From assembly GCA_951406725.2 (NCBI GenBank), contig OX597817.1, positions 174,282,001-174,346,000 on the forward strand: DNA of 64,000 nucleotides, written 5' to 3'. The notes below the pieces were generated by a model, which saw only the letters and a list, made by a program, of their open reading frames with translations, was not told the DNA's origin and did not search any database. Made by a program: the position numbers and the translations under genes. Shown one piece after another: positions 53,583 to 64,000 of the stretch. The stretch comes from Octopus vulgaris (taxonomy: Eukaryota). Numbering within the stretch: position 1 is the first letter of the stretch; the number at the start of each line of letters is the position of its first letter.

Positions 53583-54255
53583 ATGTTTGTCCATTGGCTA
53601 ATTACTGTGATGGTGACAGTCTACTTAGTCACTTTGGTCATCTGGTATGCTGTCCATGAACCAAACAGTAAATTCATTTGTACTTTTAAAAATATCTGTA
53701 TTATCACTTTCTTTCTTCCTTACACTCTCGTTCTCTCTTCCTGTCTGTAGCAGTAGTAGGCCTCCTTCAACTGGAAACAGTTAACTACATGTGTGTGTCT
53801 CAGAGCTGCACGTCTGTTCCGTGTTTCCAAGTGCTGATAAGGACAGTTTGCAAATGGCAGTCTGTGTTAGAGTAGCTGCAGCTGGAAGTGGTATCACGAC
53901 TTGAATACTAACCATTCTGGCTTCGGCCAACAGTTTCACTTTTCTTCTTCTTCCAAGCTCTCAAGTTTCTTCTCTCTTTCAATTAATTTTTTTATTCTCA
54001 GTTTTTTTTTATTCAAGTTAGATCAGATATAAGTTATTAAGTCTTTGTATTTTGTGAGTGAGTATGACTTAATGGTTAGGGTGTTGCACTCATGATTGTA
54101 AGATTGTGGTTTCAATTCCTGGACTGGGTAGTGCATTGTGTTCTTGAGCAAAACACTTCATTTCATGTTGCACCAGTCCACTTACTTATGAATGAGAAAC
54201 CCTGCGATGGACTGGCATTTCATTCAATGGAAATGTTGTGATCCTGGTCAGATCC

Positions 54256-54465
54256 TGTCAATCCACTTCATTTTTGGTAATATTTATAGGATTGAGGTAA
54301 CTCCGCCAAATGATATAGAAGTAGAAAAAAAGAAGAAGAATGCCATTGCTTCTATATCTTCTGGTGGAGTTACCTCACTCCTATAAATATTACCAAAAAT
54401 GAAATAGATTGACAAGTTTATTTTTTTGAACCTGTGGAAGACACCTGAAATGTCGAAATATCGTT
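54256..54465. repeat. ~68-bp-arm fold-back with an adjacent degenerate minimal hammerhead
   Basis: Arms 54256-54323 and 54347-54414; aac-CUGuGGA-agaca..uguc-GAAAUAUC-guu at 54429-54465. Confidence 0.7.
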
Positions 54466-54510
54466 AACATGATTTTTTTCGCTATTATTATCATTATTAT
54501 TATTATTATA

Positions 54511-55062
54511 TGAAAACTCACAGCTTATTTACTGAGTATAATGGAAAGTGTCAGCTGTCCACAACCAGGGACTAAGGTGACACTGGTCATGCTTCAAGAA
54601 CCCTGCAAAGAATTCTTGCAGTTCCAAGCAAAGCTGATTTTTGTAGGTGTTCTACCTTCACACTTATACCAATCATATTGAGCCATGTTTGTAGATGAAT
54701 GCTGATACTTCCAAGTTCGCCAGTTGCTATTGGCACCTGGTCTACTCTCCTCATGGACCGCAACCTTTGTATTTCCCACTTCAAATTGTCAACGTTGTTC
54801 ATTTTTTTCTTCTTCTTCCTCTTTGATCCTGTCGTCACCAGGAGATGCTATGTCAATTATCGGGCAATGTTCCTTCTTCTTTATTCACCAGAACAATGCC
54901 CGGTTTCTGATGTCTGATCAGGTGATTGCTTTGAATCGTTGCATCCCACAGGATTTTGCAATTTTCATTCTTGGTGACTCCTGGGGTTTGCTCATATCTC
55001 GTCTTTGCTCTTTGTAAGCTGTGATTTTCACAGAGCTCCCAATGGATCATTCTTGCCACAGT
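54511..55062 (-). mobile_element. 5'-truncated R4/Dong-type LINE in (TAA)n
   Basis: VARMIHWELC..KILWDATIQ..KPGIVLVNK..IDIASPGD..LQKSALLGTARILCRVL (RLE domain), with (TAA)n on both sides. Confidence 0.85.
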
Positions 55063-55096
55063 GTTATTGTTATTATTATTATCATCATTGTTGTTG

Positions 55097-55151
<55 letters not shown>

Positions 55152-55694
55152 CAATAGTAGTAGTTATCTTACTCTCTTCAGGAGTTAATAGCAATAATCC
55201 ATATTGTTCATTTCCAGTTTTACTTTGCTTACATTATCAGATTTTGCAGGAAGTTAATATGTTTGCTATTCTGTTTTTATATAAACTTTATATCTAATTT
55301 ATATAATTTTCTCTTTCTTTTTCAATATTTATAATTAAAATAATAATATTGTTCTTGTTGTCAAGAATTAAGTAGGTTTGAAATTATGTACTTCCATAGA
55401 AGTTTACTTGATGCTATCAATTATCAGCTAAGCGGTAATTAACTTTATGATTGATGTTGATTATGATAGGATTTTAATTAGCAAATGGTTCTTGAACAAC
55501 AGCAAAATTTTGCAGACTAATAATAGCAGTATATAATTATATGCACTTCTTACTCCATACACATACATGAAATGCTGAGGGGATAGTTGTTCAGATGCTG
55601 ATACCATCATTATGATGTATTTATATGGCTGAGGTAGTTGAGCTTTCAACAACCTAATCCATGTCTATTTGTGAATTTAAGGGTTTGGTTTACA

Positions 55695-56061
55695 GTAGTG
55701 GTTCTCAAACCTGCATAGCTCAGTGCCCTCTTTTACCAAATGGTCCCTTAAAACTGCCCACTCTCCATGTTTTGCAACCCACAACCCTCCAAACTCCAAG
55801 CACCACAATATTTAAATTAAATTAATTTTGCACAGTAGTTTATAATCTATATTTTGTTGTACTCGAGAAGACCCATCCGCCACAGTAGAGTTGTTGATGC
55901 TTGTATGATAGTGATGCTTGTTTACAACCATTGAGTGATGTCAAGATAACATTTTTTAAATGTTTGTTTAAATAAACCCATTTCTAGAAAGTATCAAGTG
56001 GGCCACAAGATAAAAATCTGCGGGCCACATGTGACCCACGGGCTTCAGGTTGGCCAGCCCT
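55695..56061. mobile_element. hAT-type MITE remnants
   Basis: Left end AGTGGTTCTCAAAC; right end GCGGGCCAC..GGTTGGCCAGCCCTG|GTCTAGAG. The TIRs do not match each other well. Confidence 0.45.
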
Positions 56062-56623
56062 GGTCTAGAGGAAGGCTGTGTTTATGGTTTTGAGCAAGTT
56101 TTCTGAGACCAATAAAATCAATGGCGTTGATGTTAATGAAAAACTTCAAGTTGATGACTGCTTGAAAAATATGGAGAGGCTTATTGCTTAGGGTATTTAG
56201 ATCATGATCATGAGGTTGTGAGTTCGATACCTGGTGGTGTGTCATGTCTGAGGAAGATACTTTATTTCATGTTGCTTCAGTTCAATCAGCTGGCAAAAAT
56301 GAATTGTACCTGTAGTTTAAAGGGACATCCTTGTCACATTCTGTGTCATCTTGAATTACCCTGAGAACTACATTAAGGGAATGCTTGTCTGTGGAGTGCT
56401 CAGCCACTTGCGCATTAATTGATTAGATCAACTGGAACACTCAGCATTGTAACTGACAGAGTGCTAGTTATGGGCAGGAAGGGAAAATCTAGAGGAAGAA
56501 TGTTAGGGGGTGGAAGAGCAAGAGAAGAAAATGGTTAATTCAGAGGTGTGATGGACACTATAGCTGATGGAAAGAAACTAGTGAATCAGGAGATCCTAAA
56601 TGAAGATGGTATAAGACTAGCCA

Positions 56624-56852
56624 AAGGCGGTGAGCTGGCAGAAACGTTAGCACGCCAGGTGAAATGCGTAGCTGTATTTCGTCTGCCGCTACATTCTGAG
56701 TTCAAATTCTGCCGAGATCGATTTTGCCTTTCATCCTTTTGGGGTCGATAAATTAAGTACCAGTTACTCACTGGGGTCAATATAATCGACTTAATCCATT
56801 TGTCCTTGTTTGTCCTCTCTGCGTTTAGCCTCTTGTGGGTACTAAAGAAATA
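56624..56852 (+). mobile_element. tRNA-derived SINE family D with 16-bp TSD
   Basis: GGCGGTGAGCTGGCAGAAACG..GAGTTCAAATTC..TTTGCCTTTCATCC..GGGGTCGATAAATTAAGTACCAG, with TSD GGTATAAGACTAGCCA. Copies at ~22580, 23826, 34790, 36580, 37290, 37470, 57500-58375 and 62430. Confidence 0.88.
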
Positions 56853-56959
56853 GGTATAAGACTAGCCAGCTCAGAGGAGCTGTTTCCTCTGTAGGAATGG
56901 TAAAAGAGGCAGAATTACCTCTGCTTATGACAGTCTGGAATTGAGTCAACTTAATGCTA

Positions 56960-57340
56960 GAGAAACTGAAAATAATCACTGGCTGTTAAAAATACAAATA
57001 TATGAAATGATAAAGCACCGTTGGCCAGATACTGTTGTGGTAGACAAAGAGATGTGGCAGTGGTTACATTATAGATGTAATTATCCCAGGCAGTCACAAT
57101 ATATTCAGCAAAGAGCATAGAAAAAAAACATTTGTGAGTATTTGGGACTTTTGATCAGAAACTTAAAGAATGTGGAATATACAAAGTGCAGTTATACCAA
57201 TAGTAATTGGTTCTCTTGGCTCTGTTCCCAACAAGCTGACACACATCAATGAAATAAATATAACACCTAATAATTGTAACCTTACAAAAATTGGCTCTGC
57301 TTGGAGCTGCCAATATTCTGTGAAAGGTACACTTTTTTGA
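56960..57340 (+). mobile_element. Old R4/Dong-type RLE fragment
   Basis: IKHRWPDTVVVDK..IDVIIPG..AVIPIVIGSLGSVP..LQKLALLGAANIL*KV, frameshifted. Confidence 0.7.
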
Positions 57341-57673
57341 GGTCATATGATTTGATGGAGAGTACTAAATGTGTGCTTGGTTAATGTTTGAAGCTGTGCT
57401 GAAGGAAGAAAGGAATAGTAATTCTTTCTAACATAGGCACAAAGCATGACATTAAGGGGACGATGTTATCAATGCCACCAATCTCATGATGATGATGATC
57501 ATTTCTACTGTAGGCACAAGGCCTGAAATTTGGGGGAAGGGATTAAGTTGATTACATTGACCCCAGTGCATAACTGGTACTTATTTAATCAACCTTGAAA
57601 GAATGAAAGACAAAGTAGACCTTGATGGAATTTGAACTCAGAATGCAGTGATGGGCAAAATACCATTACACAT

Positions 57674-57714
<41 letters not shown>

Positions 57715-58800
57715 CCTTTCTACCATAGGAACAAGGCTTAAAATTTTGGGGAAGGGGCTAGTTGATTACATTGACCCCAGCACTTAACTGGTACTTATTT
57801 CATCGTGCTTGAAAGGATGAAAGGCAAAGTCAACCTCAGCAGAATTTGAACCTAGAACATGCAGACAGATGAAATGCTGCGAGACATTTTGCCTGGTGAG
57901 TTAACAATTCTGCCAGCTTGCTGCCTTATTAATGATAATAGTAATGATAATGGTTTCAAATTTTGGTTAAGTAAATTACATCAACCCCAGTATTTGACTG
58001 GTACTTTATTTTATTGATACCAAAAGAATGAAAGACAAATTTGACTGCCAGAATTTAAATTCAGAACTGCCAGCTACCCACCTAATGATAATAATAATAT
58101 AAATAAATAACTATTTCTGATTTGGGTATAAAGCCAATTATTTTAGGAGGAGGGGCTAATCGCTACCATCAACTCCAGCATTTGACGAGTGGTTCATTTT
58201 ATTGGCCCCAGAGTGATGGAAGGCAAAGTTGACCTCTTTGGGATTTGAACTCAGATTATAAAATGTTGAAACAAATACTGCAAGGTATTTAGTTAGATGC
58301 TCCAATGATTTTGCCAGCCCATCACCTTAAACTAGAACTTCCTTTATCAACCCCAGAAGGACGAAGGGCAAAGTTTAGCGCAATGATACTTGTGTATGTT
58401 TTAAAAGTTTTTGACCGTTAAGATTTATTACTAAAATAAGATAAAAACAAAATCTTTGGCAGAATCAATCATTCAAAGTGATTGATTAATTACTATTCAT
58501 ATATATTAACTGACTCGTTTCTATTGCTAGAGATTAAAGACCAAATCAATTTTGGAATTCCTCTCTACACTATAAAGTCAATTAGAAATCTTATGAGTTT
58601 TCTAGTTTATTTAATTAATTTTTCTGTTATACTTAATGTCAAGTCAGATGTGAGATACTCTTCACAGCACATGTATACAAATAGATTGCTTGCCATTCTA
58701 TAGAATATGGACAAATGAAAAATGCAGAAGCTTTCCTTTCCTACTTCTTGTCAGTCAAAAAGATCATTGATCAGGATGAGGATATGGAAATTTCCTTCTA

Positions 58801-59128
<328 letters not shown>

Positions 59129-60453
59129 AGCGGACGTTAAACGATGATGATGATGATATATATATACACACACACACACACAAATGCATACAGAGAACTT
59201 ATAATGATGGTAACTTTCCAATTCTTATAAATGAATCCCCTTTTGGCAATAAAAGAAATCATTATACATTTATAAATATTATTAATATTAATCTATAAAT
59301 ATTATTCTGTTATGTAACACAGTAACCGTGGAACAAAGCAAAATTGAATGCATAAACTATTATGCGCACAGCATTCATATTATTTGCAAGACAAATATCA
59401 AAGACCTAATTGATTACGTTATAATTGATTATAGATATAATACTCATATTATTTATATGACAATTGACTGATAAATAAATATTTTAAATGAACTATGATT
59501 TTATACACACACACACGCACACACATGTGTGTGTGTATATATATATATAAAACTGTCTATTTGTCTGTCTGTCTGTCTATCTATCTATCATTCTATCTAT
59601 CTATTTGTCTGTCTGTCTACATTCTTTTACTGGTTTTAATCATTGGACTGCAGCCTCACCAGGGCATCACTTTCAAAGCTTCAGTTTATCATATCGGCAC
59701 TTATTTTTAAGTATTGTACTTATATTACGAAGTTCTATTTATCAAACTGTTAAGCTCTGGGACATAAACAGAAGCACTGGTTTTTAAGTCATGCATATGT
59801 GAACAAACACGCATGTATTTGTCTGTGTCTATACATATATATGTACTTATGTGTGTGAATGTGTGCATATATATATATATTTATATATATATATATTTAT
59901 ATATATATATAAATTTGTGTTGTAAGATTCTGATGTGAAGTCATGTGTTGAAACAGATATTGTTTTTGGGATGGTCATTTTTTTCCCTAATAAACACATA
60001 CTATATATTTGTTCTTCCCTCATTTATTGCTCTTCTTATTCTAACTCTTGTCCAGAAATCTTTCATCACACATCTGTGACCTCCTCAGTGACACTTTCCG
60101 TTTTCGTGTGTGCTCTTGCTCTGCTTATTCCATCCTGTTCTTCTGTGATGTGTATCCTTATATGCGCATGCGTCACGTCTGTATGTGTGTGTGTGTGTGT
60201 GATTGTTCTTAGTAGCACTATGTCCCTCCCCTCAGCCCTGTCCCCTACTCTGTTGCTGCTGCTGCTGCTGCTGTTCTTGAACCCAACTTTATGTACTGTT
60301 CTTGTAACTCACTGTGTTTGTGTGTTCACCCACACTGTCCACTTAACCTGCAAGGGGGCATTATTTGAAAGATACAACAAATGTGGGGAAGTGCGTTCTG
60401 ACCAGTAGTGTATAGCATCATCTGATGGTCTAGTTGATATAGTGATACACTGA

Positions 60454-60490
<37 letters not shown>

Positions 60491-60786
60491 GTGTGTTTGT
60501 GTATGACAGGCTTTCACGTAACATCTGCCTATCCAATTTCACTTGTAAGACACTGGCCAACCTTAGGCTAGAGTTAAAGACACTTGATGAAGGTGCTAAG
60601 CCTAACCTCCCCCCAAATCCACACATATTTTTATGTACATTACTGATTAATATCATTAAATATTTATCGATATTTAAAATGTTTCCCTTTTCAGTTTTGG
60701 ACGTAAGAAATATCCTGCAATCTACTGGTACTCCATAGAAAACAAGAATGCTCGAAAACGTGTAAGTATACCATGCCATACATATA

Positions 60787-61929
60787 TAGGGTGTTTGGGC
60801 TAAATTTGACAGTTTGCTTAAATTAAAAGAAAACACAATATTCCATCCAAAAATTAAAGTATTTAAAAAAAAACAAAAAATATCAACTAGATTACGGCCT
60901 TGAGGTAGCTGTCCTCAGCTTCCACCATAGCAACAAGACAGCTCCAGAACCTGGTGTATACATCTTTCACAATGTGAAGATCTTTGAACACCTTCTTGAG
61001 CTTGGCTGCTAATTTGGTCTTGGTGTTGCAGGTAGAGTGGTTCATGTCTTTTTCGACTGTGCCCCACACATAGTAATGCATGGTATTCTTTCTTTTGCAC
61101 CCTTTTCAAGCCTAGCCAGGCTCATGGGTCCGGTTTCCCAGTTTCTATGGCGTATGTGTTCCCCCCCCAGCTGGACGGGACACCAGTCCATCACAGCATT
61201 ACTCAAGAAACAGGAAGAGGAAGAGTGAGAGAAAGTTGGGTCGAAAGAGTACAACAATGGTTGCCACCACCCCCTGCTGGAGCCTCGTGGAGCTTTAGGT
61301 GTTTTCACTCAACAAACACACACAACACCCGGTCTGGGAATCGAAACCACGATCCTCCGACTGCGAGTCTGCTGCCCTAACCACTGGGCCATTGCGTTTC
61401 CACAATTAAGAGGCCAGAAATTGTGGGTGTTGATGTCATCAAGTGGTTCTCTTTGGTCTTCGCTGTCAGAATTTGTTTCTTGTTCCTCTTGTATGAGTGG
61501 TAGTGAAGGTCCTCACTCAAGACCAGCTTCATTGTGGTGACTCTAACATCCCTTTCTCTTGCCAAAGCCCAGATTTCCGTATTCAGATCTTCACCTTGGT
61601 TTGCAGTTGTTGGATGAACTCCAGCATGTAAATGCAGTCAGAACACCTGCTGTGTCTCTTCCTGCTGCCCACTGCAGCTATCCATGTCATGTCTTACAGT
61701 GTTCACAGAGTATGCAGCAACAGTGATGATGTCAGAATGTTAACACCTGACATGAATCAACATAATATAGGTAACTCTTTTCCAATATTCAGATGGCTTC
61801 CAGTCTTCCATGTCAAATAACTTTTTTTCAACAACTTTAATCTTTATGCTCTCCAATGCTGTTGACTATTCACCAATATATCAAGCTGGTCATGAAAAAA
61901 AAATCATCAAACTTAGCCCAAACACCTTG
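60787..61929 (-). mobile_element. Deleted maT-like Tc1/mariner element
   Basis: TIR AGGGTGTTTGGGCTAAATTTGA / TCAAACTTAGCCCAAACACCTTG with TA flanks; YYVWGTVEK..CNTKTKL..RFWSCLVAMVEAE. Confidence 0.8.
61086..61404 (-). mobile_element. SINE family C head with an alternative tail, nested in the maT element
   Basis: Same head as 49463; the tail GATGGACTGGTGTCCCGTCCAG..GAAACCGG differs. Confidence 0.8.
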
Positions 61930-62427
61930 TATTTTGATTAATGTGTTTCTGGAGGCTTTTTGCTGAACAGCCCCTTTACCAGTTCATCATCCTTATTTTT
62001 GTTTATCATCATCATTATCATTATTTTAATGTCCACTTTCCATGGGTCACAGAATTTGTTGATGTAGATTTTCTCTGGCCAGATGCTCTTCCTCTTGCAA
62101 ACATTATTTCCCTATGGCCTGATGTATTTTCATGGGAGACTTGAAACGATGGACACTGCTTTTATGAAGCTTGTTTGTAACTAATTCATGATGTCAAAAC
62201 AAGGAAACAGAAAAAGATCACACACACTCGATGGGCTTCTTTCACTTTCCATCTACCAAATCCACTCACAAGGCTTTGGTCATTTCAGGGCTGTAGTAGA
62301 AGACAAATGCTCAAAGTGCCATGTAGCAGAAGCAGAACTGAGCCTAAAGCTGCACTGCCATACCTGCATCCACATAGTCACATAAGGGAAAAGCTGGTCT
62401 TGTATCCTACAAAGTTTACAGCAAATA

Positions 62428-62662
62428 CCTATTTCCTTACTACCCACAAGGGGCTAAACACAGAGAGGACAAACAAAGACAGACAAATGGATTAACTCGA
62501 TTACATCGACCCCAGTGCGTAACTGGTACTTATTTAATCGACCCCAAAAGGATGAAAGGCAAAGTCAACCTAGGCAGAATTTGAACTCAGAACGTAAAGA
62601 CAGACGAAATACTGCTAAACATTTTGCCCGGCGTGCTAACGTTTCTGCCAGCTCACCGCCTT
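62428..62662 (-). mobile_element. SINE family D, full length
   Basis: Reverse complement of 56624-56852. Confidence 0.85.
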
Positions 62663-64000
62663 ATTACAGACCCTCAACAGCCTTATATTAAATAAACATT
62701 ATCATGCTGAAAATCAACATTATAGACAATGAATCTAGCAAAACTACAAATAATGAATTCCCTATTAGAATTACTTAATTAGTTAATGGATTCTGAAATT
62801 ACCCAGGTTAAGAATTGAGAAATTAGAAAGCTAGATGATGGAGCTAGGTTAGACAGTAACAGATTTTACCATAAGATTACATAAATCTTGGTAGGAGTTA
62901 GTTATAGTTGAAATTAATATTATTACTGTCATTATAAATGAAGTAAAACACAGTTCGTGACTAACTCTATCTTGCTTTGTGTCTTTGAAATAATTAGTTA
63001 TTATCCTACATAATGTCTACAGGTGATTTGTTTTGTCAGCTTTAGATTTACTTTTAATTAATGTCAATTGTCTTTGTTGTTGTTGCTGGTTGTGGTGGTG
63101 GTGTGAGGAATAGAATAGAAATATGTGCACGAGGTTAAATCTATTAGTCTCTATATTTGAGGAAGGAAAAGTGATATCACACATCCACAAAATACAAACA
63201 CATGCTGTATATTTGTCAGGACTTTCTCTATGAATTCATTTATTGTAGTTACACACACACACACCTGCCTATAAATACACACACATACATAGATACATAT
63301 GCATACATGCAATCTATATATATCTATATATATATCTGTGTGTCTGTCTGTTTATCTATCTATATGCATACACACATACATACGAACACACATGCATGAA
63401 ATGTTTAAAAAGTATTCCATGAAATCAAAAGATATGGAAAAATAATAAAAAGGAGAAAATATGCCATTCCTTTTACATCTGCAGTTAATTAATTCCAAAG
63501 CATATTATATTACAACTAAATCATTTCAGAATACAATAATATATATTGAAAGATAGATTATCTTAGTCAAATTATTTCAAAATACATTATTACATATTGC
63601 AAAATTATCATATGATATCCAATATACATTACTATATTTTACAATTACATATTGTAAAGGGCATTTTTATATTCAAGTCACTTCAAAGTGCATTAAACAC
63701 TACAAATATATGATTACATACAGGTTTCACTTCTTATAGAAGATATTCATTGCCATGTATGAATGCAATGGTTTGCTACAGGTTAATATATAGTGTGTCT
63801 ACCAGAAGTAACCTTGTCACAAACTCACAAAGTCATAAGGAATGTAATATTATATACATTAGTAGACCCAAATTAAGTAAGGGATGTAAATTTTTGTACT
63901 TTAACTATTCAAAAATTAATGAGAAAAGTATTTTATATTTATTTAAAAAAATGAATTAAAAACAAAGTGTCAATTTGTAGTTAAAAATTCAAAATTGGTT

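Overview
AT-rich, microsatellite-dense animal DNA made up largely of interspersed repeats. The repeat repertoire resembles what I recall from octopus (coleoid cephalopod) genomes; this is an inference, not a database result. There is no intact protein-coding gene, rRNA or CRISPR array, and most listed ORFs are microsatellite artefacts. Two short phase-compatible candidate exons (750-813, 23271-23359, + strand) suggest much of the window is intron. Recognisable elements: four tRNA-derived SINE families; many RTE-LINE 3' ends, one with a 195-codon ORF2 C-terminus; CR1 and R4/Dong-type LINE fragments; two Penelope-like elements (one Naiad-like); Tigger, maT (DD37D) and mariner relics; nested TTAA and hAT MITEs; and a non-autonomous Helitron. 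The most interesting signals are (i) a recurrent non-coding architecture of a fold-back inverted repeat with a type I hammerhead ribozyme motif, clearest at 30088-30684 where both strands carry an intact core, and (ii) a young, ORF-less polyadenylated insertion at 1633-3144 built from two tiers of tandem repeats.
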